Positions 44,764 through 55,246 of a stretch of 64,000 bases of DNA are shown in pieces. Made by a program: the position numbers and the translations under genes. The notes beneath the pieces are model-generated. The model was given only the letters and a program-made list of their open reading frames with translations. It did no database searches and was not told where the DNA came from. Numbering within the stretch: the stretch's first letter is position 1; the number at the start of each line of letters is the position of its first letter. Origin of the DNA: an uncultured Acidimicrobiia bacterium (lineage in GTDB: Bacteria; Actinomycetota; Acidimicrobiia; Spongiisociales; UBA5794); contig CAVWBO010000007.1 in assembly GCA_963753185.1 (NCBI GenBank), positions 1,019,538 through 1,083,537 of the forward strand, given 5' to 3'.

Positions 44764-45331
44764 GATCTGGATGCCTTCCTTGCATTTCTATGCGTTCGTA
44801 CTGGGTCTGGAGGTGGGCACGAGCACGGTGGCAAGCGACTCTGGTGGTCGCTGCGCTCGTACCGACACGCTCCCCTATGGATCGGTAATCAAGTCCTAGC
44901 ACCTCGCGGAGCCACAGGAGCTCCTGGTCCCGGAGGGAGAGTTGTTGGATGGCAAACCTGATCGTGGCGTGCTCCTCGCTGAGGATAGCGAGCTCGTCCG
45001 GTTGCGAAGGTGCGGGGCTGATCGGTTCCATGACAGCCATGCGGGGCTTCGCCCGCCAGAAGTCCCTGAGGCGGTTTCGGGCGATCGACCACATCCATGC
45101 GTCGTATCGGTTGACCGAGCGCAGGCTCGGCAGCCCCGAGATGATGGACTCGACCGCATCTGCGGCGAGGTCTTCGGCGTGGTCGACCTGGACGCCCGTG
45201 TACCGGTAGAACGTCACGATCCGGCGAAAGGCGGCCGCACCGAGGGCACCGATGGCCGTGTGATCACCGGCTCGAGCCGCGGCGACCGTGATCTCCGAGA
45301 TGTCATGCGGGAGTGGCTGCGTGTTGGTCAT
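44732..45331 (-). CDS. ECF-type RNA polymerase sigma-70 family factor
   Basis: Region 2 is DAWMWSIARNRLRDFWR. Region 4 is LSLRDQELLWLREVLGLDYRSIGERVGTSAATTRVACHRARAHL. ATG 45331 inside ORF 44732..45520 forms ATGA with the upstream stop. Confidence 0.85.
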   Translation of the reverse strand: MTNTQPLPHDISEITVAAARAGDHTAIGALGAAAFRRIVTFYRYTGVQVDHAEDLAADAVESIISGLPSLRSVNRYDAWMWSIARNRLRDFWRAKPRMAVMEPISPAPSQPDELAILSEEHATIRFAIQQLSLRDQELLWLREVLGLDYRSIGERVGTSAATTRVACHRARAHLQTQYERIEMQGRHPDHETPIRRAAD

Positions 45332-46074
45332 TGGTTGCGTCCGTGTCCGCTTCTGGAATTCGAAGCCTCGTCGCGACCCGGCGGGACGGAGGTGTCGTCC
45401 TGACCCGGCGGGACGAAGGTGTCGTCCTGGCCGGGCGGGATGAACGTGTCGTCCTGGCCGGGCGGGGTGAAGGTGTCGTCCTGGCCCGGTGCAACTCCTC
45501 CGAGTCCGGGAGGTGTCCAATCGGGATCGAGCCCGGGTGGTCGGACGATCGCGATGAGTTGGTCGATGGCCTGCTCGAGTTGGACGGAGGCGGCGAGATC
45601 GGTGGTGCCGACTGCGATGCTCGACGACAGGTCGGCGATGGTGTCGATGATCGCCGAGACCGCCGGATCCTGGTCGACATCTGTTGCCATGGCGTAGGTG
45701 ACCGCCGCCAAGCCCTCCGAGGACCCGATCCGAGCGAGTGCCCTGATGGCGATGTTCGTGGCAGGCTCCGGCAACACGACCGGCGTCGAGGCTGGGGCAT
45801 CGGGGGTCGTCGGTGACGCGTCGAACGTCGGTGTGACGGGCGACGGTGTCGCAAGATTTGCGGCGAGGACGCCGGTGCCGACAAGGCCTACCAAGACGAC
45901 GCCGACGAGTCCCACGAGAGCCTTGAGCTGAGGGGCACCGAGGCTGGATGTGACTGGTCGGGCGTCGTCTTGGTAGGCGCTGCCGACACGTTGAACCAGA
46001 CCATCATCGATGGCCTCTTCGAGGGACTGCGCGTATACACGCAGCGCCTCAACGGCGTCGTGTCGGTGCCCCAT
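45328..46074 (-). CDS. Single-pass membrane protein with C-terminal PGQDDTFxP repeats, upstream of and coupled to the ECF sigma gene (possible anti-sigma/partner)
   Basis: MGHRHDAVEALRVYAQSLEE..., TM ALVGLVGVVLVGLVGTGVLAA, an extracytoplasmic domain, then 4 x 9-aa repeats. RBS GGAAGGGG before ATG 46074. Confidence 0.65.
   Translation of the reverse strand: MGHRHDAVEALRVYAQSLEEAIDDGLVQRVGSAYQDDARPVTSSLGAPQLKALVGLVGVVLVGLVGTGVLAANLATPSPVTPTFDASPTTPDAPASTPVVLPEPATNIAIRALARIGSSEGLAAVTYAMATDVDQDPAVSAIIDTIADLSSSIAVGTTDLAASVQLEQAIDQLIAIVRPPGLDPDWTPPGLGGVAPGQDDTFTPPGQDDTFIPPGQDDTFVPPGQDDTSVPPGRDEASNSRSGHGRNQ
45377..45484. repeat. Tandem repeat, 4 x 27 bp (cccggcgggacgRaggtgtcgtcctgR)
   Basis: Units at 45377, 45404, 45431 and 45458, read directly. 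They encode PGQDDTF(T/I/V)P on the minus strand. Confidence 0.9.
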
Positions 46075-46086
46075 GTACCCCTTCCA

Positions 46087-46112
46087 GACGAACCCGGCCC
46101 GTCATTGTTACG
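46087..46112 (-). promoter_or_regulatory. Candidate ECF-type promoter cGTAAC-N16-CGTC upstream of the membrane-protein/sigma operon
   Basis: The minus strand reads aGACGTAACaatgacgggccgggttCGTCtggaaggggtacATG. The AAC-N16-CGT architecture resembles ECF promoters. Confidence 0.3.
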
Positions 46113-46186
46113 TCTATTGTCGTCCACCTCATCGGATGTTTGGATGGAAACCTCATGTCTCGTGCGAGATCGTCGAAACTGGAGCC

Positions 46187-46609
46187 ATGATGAACCCAAG
46201 GATCCTTGCGATCATCGTTGCCGGCTGTGTGGTGACGGCGGCGTGCACGGCCAGTGTCCTGACCCTGGAGACCGGGACCTGTTTCGATGATCCGGAGTCC
46301 TTCGAGGAGGTCACCGACGTGCCGGTCGTGGACTGTTCCGAGCCCCACGACAATGAGGTGATCGGCTCCTTCGACCTCCCAGCTGGTGGATATCCCGGTG
46401 ACGCCGTCGTTGCATCGCGGGCCGAGGAAGGGTGCCTCGTGCGGTTCGAGCCGTACGTGGGCATCGACTTCCCGAGCAGCATCTACGACCTCGGTTGGTT
46501 CACACCGACGAGTGAGTCGTGGGACGTCGGGGACCGCGAGGTGATCTGCTTCGTCTACGACGTGACATTTGCGAAGATCACCGGATCCGTGGCGGGCAGC
46601 GCTGCGTGA
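46187..46609 (+). CDS. Small lipoprotein (actinobacterial septum-formation-like Cys-rich domain)
   Basis: MMNPRILAIIVAGCVVTAAC (signal/lipobox), then CFDDPESFEEVTDVPVVDCSEPHDNEVIG...EGCLVRFEPYVG...REVICFVYD. ATG 46187 with GGAG upstream, inside ORF 46010..46609. Confidence 0.7.
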   Translation: MMNPRILAIIVAGCVVTAACTASVLTLETGTCFDDPESFEEVTDVPVVDCSEPHDNEVIGSFDLPAGGYPGDAVVASRAEEGCLVRFEPYVGIDFPSSIYDLGWFTPTSESWDVGDREVICFVYDVTFAKITGSVAGSAA

Positions 46610-46664
46610 GGTCCGGACCGATCCGGTTCCGATCACCTGATCGGTTGGCGCACAGGTCCACGCC

Positions 46665-46859
46665 CTACCAGCGCTCGACATCTTCATCTTCATCATCATC
46701 CACCGTCGCCGCGGCGGCTACGAATGCCGTTGCGTGTCGAACGCACAGCGCCCTGTCGCGAGCATCGAACGTCAATGCGGGTCGGTTGCACCGCACACAG
46801 ACCTGTCGGTATATCGGTGGTCTCTTTTCCACTCGACCATCGTCGGCGATCAGCGGCAT
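46665..46859 (-). CDS. Doubtful 64-aa ORF with CxxC...CxxH and an acidic tail
   Basis: MPLIADDGRVEKRPPIYRQVCVRCNRPALTFDARDRALCVRHAT...DDDEDEDVERW. No SD. Many A-ending codons (cga, aga, ata, gca, gta), atypical for this genome. Confidence 0.3.
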   Translation of the reverse strand: MPLIADDGRVEKRPPIYRQVCVRCNRPALTFDARDRALCVRHATAFVAAAATVDDDEDEDVERW

Positions 46860-46922
46860 CCGGTACAGACACAGATCGTGAGCGATTCACTGACTAGTCA
46901 GACCCCGAGCGGCCGCTGCGGA

Positions 46923-48014
46923 TCATCGAACGAGGATCGGTACCAGCCGCTCCGCGTCGGTGAGTCCCCCGTGGTACCCGACGAGCCGGTCGTTCATGTA
47001 GCGGGCGAACACGGCCCAGCCGGGATCCGGAAACAGTACGCCGTCTGGCAGGCGGTCGATGAAGCGGGGATCAACGGGATCGGGGCCCCAGAACGCCCCG
47101 AGGTCATCGCTGGGGATCCACGTTCCAGGGACGCGCTCGAGGATGCGGCTCGGATCACCGGCGACGAAGAGGGCGCGTGAATCGCCGTAGAGGTGGAGTC
47201 CGTCTTCTTCGGCCTCCGTCAATCGGACGCGTCGGTCCGGCGCGATGTCCGTATGGCCATGGTCCGCAGTACCGACCATGGCGACACCCGGGCTGAGTGA
47301 GGTGCACAGGCGGCCCCAGATCATGTCTGCGAGCGACAGGGCCTCGGCGTACTCACGGCTCGCCTGGCCATGCATGTGCGCGGCGAGGTCGACGAACGGC
47401 ACATAGAGGAACACGAACCTGCCGGGATGGGACGCGACATCGCTCGTCACCGACACAGCTTCGTCGAGCGAGTAGTACCCCTCGAATCGTGCGCCGCCGT
47501 AGAGGACCTTGGTGAGCGGCGTGTCGGCGAAGTTGCCTGGTTGCACGACGATGGGTTCGAGGCCTGCGCTCGAAAGCCTCTTCCACAGGTTCGGGCCTGG
47601 GAGGAACGTCCGAAGCGGCACGCCGACGTCGGCACCCCATGCGGTGCGCATGTGGATGGTGTTCAGTGTGGTGCCGAGCTCCGGGACACGGAGGGCATGG
47701 GCGAGGAGGCCGTGCCCTGCAGGTGACACGCCGGTGGCGATCGTGGCGAGGCTCACGGTCGTGGTCGTGGGGAAGGGTGCGTCGATCGACCCGACGAAGG
47801 AGCGGGCCATCTCCCTCACTTCTCTGCGATCGAGTTGGTCGGCGCCGAGACCGTCGAAGAGGACCATGACGAACGTTGTCGCCTCTGGGATCGACGTGGC
47901 GACATCGTGCTCGAGTCCGACACTCGGAGCCGTTCCGCCCAACCTCCGTTCGATGTCTGCGACCAGGTTCACGAGCCCCATGCCCGTCTGATTCGGTGGG
48001 GTGGGAGCAGCCAT
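46923..48014 (-). CDS. Alkaline phosphatase superfamily protein (nucleotide pyrophosphatase/phosphodiesterase-like)
   Basis: VLFDGLGADQL, TTTTVSLATIATGVSPAGHGLL, YVPFVDLAAHMHG, VGTADHGHTD are the metal-site motifs of the type I phosphodiesterase/NPP family. Confidence 0.8.
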   Translation of the reverse strand: MAAPTPPNQTGMGLVNLVADIERRLGGTAPSVGLEHDVATSIPEATTFVMVLFDGLGADQLDRREVREMARSFVGSIDAPFPTTTTVSLATIATGVSPAGHGLLAHALRVPELGTTLNTIHMRTAWGADVGVPLRTFLPGPNLWKRLSSAGLEPIVVQPGNFADTPLTKVLYGGARFEGYYSLDEAVSVTSDVASHPGRFVFLYVPFVDLAAHMHGQASREYAEALSLADMIWGRLCTSLSPGVAMVGTADHGHTDIAPDRRVRLTEAEEDGLHLYGDSRALFVAGDPSRILERVPGTWIPSDDLGAFWGPDPVDPRFIDRLPDGVLFPDPGWAVFARYMNDRLVGYHGGLTDAERLVPILVR

Positions 48015-48149
48015 GGGAGCACCGTACAGTGCCCCCGAAGCTGACGAGAGGTCCCACCGGCCGATGAATTGGGTGTGGCGCCATCACTCCCGTTACAATC
48101 CGCCCCCGTTGGCGACCGTACGGTCGATTCACGGCTCGAAGGGTTCGGG

Positions 48150-48533
48150 GTGCTCAACCAGTACTACGGCGACTACATCACGGTCGCGGTGTTCGTCACG
48201 ATGGGCGCAGTCCTCGTCGCTGGTGCCATCGGCGCGAACAAGCTGCTCTCGCCGAAGGCCCCGGGCGGCCTCAAGGATGTCCCCTACGAATCCGGCATCG
48301 AACCCATCGGCGGCGGGTGGAACCAGAGCCACATCCGGTATTACATCTTCGCCCTCCTCTTCCTCATCTTCGACGTCGAGGCCGTGTTCATCTTCCCGTG
48401 GGCGATCCAGCTCGAATCGTTCTCGGCTGCCGGGGGCGGATTGCAGGCCCTGGTGGTCATGTTCCTCTTCATCGCGACCTTGCTCGAGGGTCTGTTGTAC
48501 GCGATCCGGAAGGGCGTCCTGAAATGGGAGTGA
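48150..48533 (+). CDS. nuoA2: NADH-quinone oxidoreductase subunit A, second cluster
   Basis: GTG 48150 (GAAGGG 6 nt upstream) inside ORF 48069..48533. ...VPYESGIEP...[18 protein letters not shown]. Confidence 0.85.
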   Translation: MLNQYYGDYITVAVFVTMGAVLVAGAIGANKLLSPKAPGGLKDVPYESGIEPIGGGWNQSHIRYYIFALLFLIFDVEAVFIFPWAIQLESFSAAGGGLQALVVMFLFIATLLEGLLYAIRKGVLKWE

Positions 48534-49021
48534 TCGACAAGTTCGGCGCTCCAAAGCCGCTCAGCTGGCTTCTCAACTGGTCACGGAAGTACTCGCTGTG
48601 GTACTTCCAATTCGGCCTCGCGTGCTGCGCCATCGAGGTGATGGCAGTCTCTGGGCCACGCTACGACTTCATGCGGTTCGGAATCGTGCCACTGCCGGCG
48701 TCCCCGAGGCAGGCCGACCTCATGGTCGTCGCAGGCACCGTGACCGACAAGATGGCGCCTGCGATCAAGCGCCTCTACGACCAGATGCCGGAGCCGAAGT
48801 ACGTCATCTCGATGGGATCGTGCTCGAACACGGGAGGCCCGTACTGGGATTCGTACTCCGTCACGAAGGGCGTCGACCAGATCATCCCTGTCGATGTCTA
48901 CGTGCCGGGTTGCCCTCCACGGCCGGAGGCTCTCCTCGAGGGCATCGTGATGCTCCAGGATCGGATCATGAACGAGGACGTACGCAAGAAGTGGAGCGGG
49001 GTCGATGAGCGACGCGCCTGA
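48524..49021 (+). CDS. nuoB2: NADH-quinone oxidoreductase subunit B, second cluster
   Basis: [39 protein letters not shown] 48524 inside ORF 48317..49021. Confidence 0.9.
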   Translation: MGVIDKFGAPKPLSWLLNWSRKYSLWYFQFGLACCAIEVMAVSGPRYDFMRFGIVPLPASPRQADLMVVAGTVTDKMAPAIKRLYDQMPEPKYVISMGSCSNTGGPYWDSYSVTKGVDQIIPVDVYVPGCPPRPEALLEGIVMLQDRIMNEDVRKKWSGVDERRA

Positions 49022-49631
49022 CACTGTGGCCGTCGAGGACGGTGTGGCGGAGGTGGATTCCCTCGATGCCTTCGCGTCGTCGCTGGCCGAGCGGCTCGGG
49101 GCGACGGGCTATGTCGTTGAGTTCGACACGGTCCGCATCCACGTCGAGCCGGATCGATGGGTCGAGACGGTCGTTGCAGCCAACGAGGAACTGCCCTTCT
49201 TCTCCTGGCTATCCGCCATCGATTGGTCGAAGGAGACCGAGGTCGGTGACCCTGTCGCGGACGTCGAGAACCTCGAGGAGCGATTCGAGATCCTGTGTCG
49301 CTTGTCCTCGGTCGAGACCGCAGACGGCGCGATCCTCGTGACCTCGATCGGCAAGGATGAGCCCTCGATCGCTTCGCTCACCCCGCACTTGCCGGGTGCG
49401 GCATGGCACGAGCGCGAGGCCCACGAGATGTTCGGCATCGACTTTCCCGGGAACGTCAACCTCGCACCCTTGTACCTACCAGACGACTTCATCGGTCACC
49501 CCCTCCTCAAGTCCTACCCGCTCCTCGCACGCGAGGTCAAGCCGTGGCCAGGCGACGTCGACGTGGAGGGAATGCCGGGATCCGATGACGATGAAGGCGG
49601 CGCGACCAACGCTGCGGACGGTGACGCATGA
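49005..49631 (+). CDS. nuoC2: NADH-quinone oxidoreductase subunit C, second cluster
   Basis: [10 protein letters not shown]..., [18 protein letters not shown]. Confidence 0.85.
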   Translation: MSDAPDTVAVEDGVAEVDSLDAFASSLAERLGATGYVVEFDTVRIHVEPDRWVETVVAANEELPFFSWLSAIDWSKETEVGDPVADVENLEERFEILCRLSSVETADGAILVTSIGKDEPSIASLTPHLPGAAWHEREAHEMFGIDFPGNVNLAPLYLPDDFIGHPLLKSYPLLAREVKPWPGDVDVEGMPGSDDDEGGATNAADGDA

Positions 49632-50812
49632 CCTCCATGGAGATGATGCACCGATCCGAGGCAGCGGTATCCGTCGAGATCCAGACGCCGGACATGACGC
49701 TCAACATCGGACCGCAGCACCCGTCGACCCACGGTGTGCTGAGGCTCGTCGCGAAGGTCGATGGCGAACGGGTCCAGGAGGTCGAACCCGTCATCGGCTA
49801 CATGCATCGCGGATACGAGAAGCTCACCGAGGTCCGCACCTACGCGCAGATCACCACCCTGGTCAATCGCATCGACTGGGTCTCGGGCTTTGCAAACGAG
49901 GTCCCGTTCATCCAGGGGGTCGAACGCCTGATGGGCATCGAGGTCCCCGAGCGGGCGCAGTGGATCCGACTCATCCTCTCCGAGCTCGCACGAATCTCCT
50001 CCCACCTCGTGTTCATGTCCTCCTATCCGCTCGAGCTCGGCGCGACCACGCCCCTCATGCATGCACTGCGTGAGCGTGAATACATCCTCGAGCTCATCGA
50101 GGAGACCACGGGTGGGCGCTTCCACCCGAACTTCAACCGCGTCGGTGGCGTCAAGCCCGTGTACGGGGGAGGGTCGGTCACCAAGAAGCAGTCGATGGAC
50201 CTTCCGAGCGGCTTCTTCGATCGTACGCGTGAGGCGATGGACCGTATGGATCGGATCTGCGATGACATCGACCAGCTCGTCACGGGCAACGAGTTCTTCA
50301 AGATGCGCACGGTGGGTGTCGGCATCATCCCCAAGGACAAGGCCGTCGCGTACGGGCTGTCTGGCCCGAACCTGCGTGCGTCGGGGATCGGGTACGACCT
50401 GCGGAAGGCCGAGCCGTACCTGACCTACGACAAGGTCGAGTTCGATGTTCCCGTCGGAAAGGACGGTGACTGCTTCGACCGTTACGTCGTGCGTCTCGAG
50501 GAGATCAGGCAGTCGGCGCGGATCGTGCGCCAGGCGATCGAGCAGATCCCCTCCGGGCCCCTCCAGACCAAGGTGCCTCGCGTCCTGAAGCCACCGAGGG
50601 GCCAGGTCTACTCGCGTGCGGAGAACCCGAAGGGCGAGTTCGGCTACTTCATCGTGTCAGAGGGAGGCAAGATCCCGTACCGGGTGAAGATCCGTTCGAC
50701 CTCGTTCTCGAACCTTTCGATCCTCCCGTGGGTCCTTCCCGGCCAGCTCCTTCCCGACCTGGTTGCGATCATGGGCTCGCTCGACTTCGTGCTCGGGGAC
50801 GTCGACCGATGA
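49628..50812 (+). CDS. nuoD2: NADH-quinone oxidoreductase subunit D, second cluster
   Basis: LNIGPQHPSTHGVLRLVAKVDGE...GYMHRGYEKL...ends [10 protein letters not shown]. 394 aa, with no N-terminal extension. Confidence 0.95.
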   Translation: MTSMEMMHRSEAAVSVEIQTPDMTLNIGPQHPSTHGVLRLVAKVDGERVQEVEPVIGYMHRGYEKLTEVRTYAQITTLVNRIDWVSGFANEVPFIQGVERLMGIEVPERAQWIRLILSELARISSHLVFMSSYPLELGATTPLMHALREREYILELIEETTGGRFHPNFNRVGGVKPVYGGGSVTKKQSMDLPSGFFDRTREAMDRMDRICDDIDQLVTGNEFFKMRTVGVGIIPKDKAVAYGLSGPNLRASGIGYDLRKAEPYLTYDKVEFDVPVGKDGDCFDRYVVRLEEIRQSARIVRQAIEQIPSGPLQTKVPRVLKPPRGQVYSRAENPKGEFGYFIVSEGGKIPYRVKIRSTSFSNLSILPWVLPGQLLPDLVAIMGSLDFVLGDVDR

Positions 50813-51834
50813 TGGAGTTCCTCGACGGCTTCTGGGTCCAGCTGATCATCAAGGTCGTCGGCGTGCTGCTGGTGGTCCTCACGGGAGCCCTCGTGGTCAT
50901 CTACGCGGAGCTCAAGATCGGTTCGCACATGCAGTCCCGCATCGGCCCCTACTACGCGGGTGGAAGGTGGGGATGGGCCCAACCGCTCGCAGACGGCCTG
51001 AAGTTCCTCCAGAAGGAGGACCTCGCACCGAACACTGCGGACAGGACCGTGTACGGGTTTGCGCCGTATGTCGTGTTGATGGCGACGATCGGTGTCTTCG
51101 TCGTGATCCCGTTCGGTCCCGACCTCGTGGGCGCGGACCTCGACGTGGGCGCCTTCTACCTGCTTGCGATCTCGTCCCTGTCGGTCCTCGGCGTGCTCAT
51201 GGCTGGTTGGTCGTCAGGGAACAAGTACTCGCTCATCGGCGGCCTCAGGGCGGCTGCCCAGCTCATCGCATACGAGCTGCCCCTCGTCCTCGCCGTGGTG
51301 GCCGTGGTGGTCCAGGCAGGGACCATGTCGCTCAACGGCATCGTCGACGCCCAGTCCGAGACGTGGTTCACCGTCGCAGGGTTCGACGTGTCCATGCCGT
51401 TCCTCGTTCGTGGTCAGATCCTCGGGTTCGCCATCTTCATGATCGCCGCCGTGGCTGAACTCAGCCGCATCCCGTTCGACATGCCGATCGCCGAGTCCGA
51501 GCTCACGATGGGATACCTCACCGAGTACTCCGGCATCCGCTTCACGATGTTCTTCCTCGGCGAGTACGCGTCGATGATCGGCCTGTCGGCGATCGCAGCG
51601 ACGTTGTACCTCGGCGGATACGCCGCCCCCGGGCTTTCGGGCACACTGGCCAACGTCGCGGGACCCGGCGTGTTGCTGTTCAAGATCGCGATCCTCGTCT
51701 TCATCATCATCTGGATCCGGTGGACCTGGCCCCGACTTCGTGAGGACCAGCTCCAGACCCTGGCGTGGACGTGGCTCGTTCCGCTCGGCCTCGCAAACAT
51801 CGCCATCGTGTCGATCTTCAAGGTGGTCCTCTGA
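50809..51834 (+). CDS. nuoH2: NADH-quinone oxidoreductase subunit H, second cluster
   Basis: ATGA overlap with nuoD2, so no nuoE/F/G lie between D and H. ...[33 protein letters not shown]...[28 protein letters not shown]. Confidence 0.95.
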   Translation: MMEFLDGFWVQLIIKVVGVLLVVLTGALVVIYAELKIGSHMQSRIGPYYAGGRWGWAQPLADGLKFLQKEDLAPNTADRTVYGFAPYVVLMATIGVFVVIPFGPDLVGADLDVGAFYLLAISSLSVLGVLMAGWSSGNKYSLIGGLRAAAQLIAYELPLVLAVVAVVVQAGTMSLNGIVDAQSETWFTVAGFDVSMPFLVRGQILGFAIFMIAAVAELSRIPFDMPIAESELTMGYLTEYSGIRFTMFFLGEYASMIGLSAIAATLYLGGYAAPGLSGTLANVAGPGVLLFKIAILVFIIIWIRWTWPRLREDQLQTLAWTWLVPLGLANIAIVSIFKVVL

Positions 51835-52304
51835 TGCCAAAGAGCGTTCGATTCCCCTTCCTCGGCCTCTTCAAGGGCATGGGCCTCACCTTCCGGACGA
51901 TGATCCGGAAGGCACCGGTGACGATGTACCCCCAGGAGAAGGAGATCCCCGTTCCACGAGCGCGGGGCGTCATCTCCCTCGATGTCGACAACTGCACCGT
52001 GTGCATGCTGTGCGCCCGCGAGTGCCCCGACTGGTGCATCTACATCGAGGGCCACAAGGAGGAGCAGCCACCATCGAAGCCGGGAGGCCGCCCCCGAGCA
52101 CGGGCGACGCTCGACCGGTTCGACATCGACTACAGCCTGTGCATGTACTGCGGCATCTGTGTCGAGGTGTGCCCGTTCGATGCGCTCCACTGGAGCCCCG
52201 AGTACGAGTACAGCGAGGAGAACGTGTCGCTGATGCTCCACGACAAGGATCGCCTCACCTACTGGCTCTCGACCGTCCCCGACCCTCCCTCCCTGGAGTC
52301 CTAG
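51834..52304 (+). CDS. nuoI2: NADH-quinone oxidoreductase subunit I, second cluster
   Basis: [12 protein letters not shown] and [17 protein letters not shown] overlap with nuoH2. Confidence 0.9.
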   Translation: MPKSVRFPFLGLFKGMGLTFRTMIRKAPVTMYPQEKEIPVPRARGVISLDVDNCTVCMLCARECPDWCIYIEGHKEEQPPSKPGGRPRARATLDRFDIDYSLCMYCGICVEVCPFDALHWSPEYEYSEENVSLMLHDKDRLTYWLSTVPDPPSLES

Positions 52305-52847
52305 ATGACGGTGTCCCTCTCCGATTGGCTCAGCGAGGTCGCGAACTGGATCTTCCTGATCATCGCGCTCCCGACGCTGTTCAGTGCCTGGATGACGGTC
52401 ACCACCCAGAACATCGTCCGTGCGGTGCTGTACCTGGTCGTCGCCCTCGCGGGCACGGCTGCCCTGTTCCTGATGCTCGGGGCAGAGTTCGTCGGCTGGA
52501 CCGTCGTCCTCGTCTACATCGGGGCAGTGATCATCCTGTTCCTCATCGGCATCATGATCACGAGGGCACCCCTCGGAACCACGACCGCCCTGAGCCAGGG
52601 CACGAACGTCACACGGCCAGCCGCCCTGCTGTCGCTCGTCCTGTTCGGCATGATCGCGTGGGGATCCGTCGATGCGTTCGGAAACGACATGATCGAGCCG
52701 TTCGAGTCGACGCCGACGTCGACGCTCGCCGACCTCATCTTCACCAGGCTGATCATCCCGTTCGAGGTGCTGTCCTTCGTCCTTCTCGCAGCCCTCATCG
52801 GAGGCATTGCCCTCGCACGGCGCGACGACAAGGACGGCACGCGATGA
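52305..52847 (+). CDS. nuoJ2: NADH-quinone oxidoreductase subunit J, second cluster
   Basis: Hydrophobic, 180 aa. [19 protein letters not shown]. Position in operon. Confidence 0.85.
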   Translation: MTVSLSDWLSEVANWIFLIIALPTLFSAWMTVTTQNIVRAVLYLVVALAGTAALFLMLGAEFVGWTVVLVYIGAVIILFLIGIMITRAPLGTTTALSQGTNVTRPAALLSLVLFGMIAWGSVDAFGNDMIEPFESTPTSTLADLIFTRLIIPFEVLSFVLLAALIGGIALARRDDKDGTR

Positions 52848-53149
52848 CGATCGTCCAGTTCGTGCTCCTCGGGACGGCGTTGTTCTCGATCGGCCTCTAC
52901 GGCGTGATCACCCGCCGCAACGCCGTGTTGGTCCTCGCCTCGGTCGAATTGATGCTCGCGGCGGCGAACGTCAACCTCGTCGCGTTCGACGTATACCTCC
53001 GCGACCCGACACACTCGGGACAGATCTTCTCGCTCTTCATCATCGGCCTCGCCGCCGCCGAGGTCGGCATCGGCATCGCGATCGTGCTGATGATCTTCAG
53101 GAACCGCCAGTCAGCTGATCCCGACGAGCTCAGGCTGATGAGGGGTTGA
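52844..53149 (+). CDS. nuoK2: NADH-quinone oxidoreductase subunit K, second cluster
   Basis: [45 protein letters not shown]...[17 protein letters not shown] overlap with nuoJ2. Confidence 0.9.
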   Translation: MTIVQFVLLGTALFSIGLYGVITRRNAVLVLASVELMLAAANVNLVAFDVYLRDPTHSGQIFSLFIIGLAAAEVGIGIAIVLMIFRNRQSADPDELRLMRG

Positions 53150-55233
53150 CGATGCTGCACACACTGTCATCCGTCGTCCCGAACCTGATCCTCGCAGCCG
53201 AGGAGGGAGGGGCGGTCGAGCCCGGAATCACGTCCGGTCCCCTGGTCGAGTTCGCATGGCTCATCATGGTCGTGCCGATCCTCGCGACCTTCCTGGTCGT
53301 GTTCTTCGGGAAGCGGTCGCCGTTCAAGGGTTGGCTGATGGCCGAGCTCGCGATCGGCTTCGTCGCTGTGTACGGCACCGTGCTCCTCATCCTCAACGCC
53401 ACGGAGGGGATCACGTACTACGGCCAGATCGACATCGCCACGATCGGCGCGTACACGATCGAATGGGGTGTCGCGGTCGACGGCCTCTCGATCATGATGT
53501 ATTTCCTTGTGGGCGTCGTTGGTCTGCTCGTGTTCACGTATGCGAAGGGCTACCTCGAGGGTGACGTGCGGTTCACCTGGTTCTTCGCATCGTTCTCGCT
53601 GTTCGCAGGCGGCATGCTCGTCCTCGTCGCCTCCCCGAACCTCATCCAGTTGATCGTCGGATGGGAGCTGGTCGGTGTTGCCTCGTACCTGCTCATCGGC
53701 CACTACTGGGAGGACTTCGCGAACGTCGACGCGGCGAACAAGGCCTTCATGGTCAACAAGATCGCCGACGCCGGCCTGTTCCTCGGGGCCATCATCATGG
53801 CGACATCGGTCGGATCGTTCCGATTCAACGACGTCATCGACGTCGTCGTCGCCGGAGAGAGTGGCGCGCTCTCCCAATATGCCTTCTGGGCAGGCCTCCT
53901 CATCTTCATCGGGGCGATGGGGAAGTCAGCCCAGTTCCCGCTCCACGTCTGGCTCCCGGATGCAATGGCCGGGCCGACGCCCGTGTCGGCACTCATGCAC
54001 GCAGCGACGATGGTGACCGCAGGCGTCTACCTCCTGGGCCGCCTCTTCCCGTTCTACCTCGACCTCGACGGCATGTTCGCCGGTGATGTACGGAACATCA
54101 TCATCGTGATCGGAGGCCTCACCCTCTTCCTCATGGGATTCCTCGCGATCGTCCAGGACGACATCAAGAAGGTGCTCGCGTACTCGACGGTCAGCCAGCT
54201 CGGCTACATGGTCGCCGCCATGGGTGCCGGCGCTTACACCGCTGGCCTCTTCCACCTGTTCACCCACGCGTTCTTCAAGGCGCTGCTCTTCCTCGCCGCT
54301 GGCTCGGTCATCCACGCAGTGCATTCGAACAACATGTCTGACATGGGTGGCCTCCGGAGGTTCATGCCGAAGACCTTCTGGACGTTCGTGATGGGCACCC
54401 TCGCCCTCGTCGGCGTGTTCCCGTTCGCCGGGTTCTTCTCGAAGGATGAGATCCTCGCGTCGATGAAGTACGCCGGAGGGCACGGGCAGACCATCGCGAA
54501 CTTCATCCTCGTCCTCGGCATAGCGGGCGCCTTCGTCACGGCCTTCTACATGATGCGTGCCTTGTCGCTCACGTTCTTCGGCGAGTACAAGGGCCACGGG
54601 CATCCCCACGAGTCACCGACCTCCATGACCCTGCCGCTCATCGGGCTGGCCGTGTTCGCCCTCACCGCGGGGTGGGTCAATATGCCAGGCATCTACACGG
54701 GCTTCACGGATTGGCTCGCAACGAGGGTCCCGCTGACGGGGATCGGCGACCACCACCCCGAGACGTTCGACTTCGCCCTCATCGCGATCGTGACGCCGCT
54801 CGTGCTCATCGGCCTCGGCGTGGGATGGATGATCTACGGGCGCGGTGCCGCAGACAAGACGCAGGCCGAGCGAGACACATTCCGGATCCCCGTCCTGTGG
54901 CCGCTGTGGGAGCACCTCTATTACATCGACGACTTCTACATGGCTGGCATCGTCAGGCCCACCAAGGGAGCGCTCGCCAGAGCCGTCCTGTGGGTCGACA
55001 TGAATGTCATCGACGGCGTGGTGAACGCGGTGGGAGCTGGTTCGATGCAGCTCGCACGCGGCGTGCGCATCGCGGACGAGAACGTCGTCGATGGTGTGTA
55101 CAACGCAACCGGTGCCGCGACCGGTGCGTCCGGAACGGTGCTGAGGCGGACCTTCACGGGTCGGGTCCAGCAATACGTGGCGTTCAGTTTCGTCGGCGTG
55201 ATCGTGATCGCCGTGCTGTTCATCATCTTCTAG
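53146..55233 (+). CDS. nuoL2: NADH-quinone oxidoreductase subunit L, second cluster
   Basis: 695 aa. [51 protein letters not shown]. Confidence 0.95.
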   Translation: MTMLHTLSSVVPNLILAAEEGGAVEPGITSGPLVEFAWLIMVVPILATFLVVFFGKRSPFKGWLMAELAIGFVAVYGTVLLILNATEGITYYGQIDIATIGAYTIEWGVAVDGLSIMMYFLVGVVGLLVFTYAKGYLEGDVRFTWFFASFSLFAGGMLVLVASPNLIQLIVGWELVGVASYLLIGHYWEDFANVDAANKAFMVNKIADAGLFLGAIIMATSVGSFRFNDVIDVVVAGESGALSQYAFWAGLLIFIGAMGKSAQFPLHVWLPDAMAGPTPVSALMHAATMVTAGVYLLGRLFPFYLDLDGMFAGDVRNIIIVIGGLTLFLMGFLAIVQDDIKKVLAYSTVSQLGYMVAAMGAGAYTAGLFHLFTHAFFKALLFLAAGSVIHAVHSNNMSDMGGLRRFMPKTFWTFVMGTLALVGVFPFAGFFSKDEILASMKYAGGHGQTIANFILVLGIAGAFVTAFYMMRALSLTFFGEYKGHGHPHESPTSMTLPLIGLAVFALTAGWVNMPGIYTGFTDWLATRVPLTGIGDHHPETFDFALIAIVTPLVLIGLGVGWMIYGRGAADKTQAERDTFRIPVLWPLWEHLYYIDDFYMAGIVRPTKGALARAVLWVDMNVIDGVVNAVGAGSMQLARGVRIADENVVDGVYNATGAATGASGTVLRRTFTGRVQQYVAFSFVGVIVIAVLFIIF

Positions 55234-55246
55234 GAGGAGCAAAGAG

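Noticed and set aside
46140-46186. Second ECF-like promoter (GGAAAC ... CGTC) in front of the 46187 lipoprotein gene
   Set aside because: The spacer between AAC and CGTC is 19 nt, longer than the usual 16-17, which is too weak to call.
48069-48099. Promoter call upstream of nuoA2 (TACAAT at 48094-48099 with TTGGGT upstream)
   Set aside because: The -10 hexamer is good, but the spacing to the best -35-like hexamer is 19 nt. This is insufficient evidence without transcription start site data.
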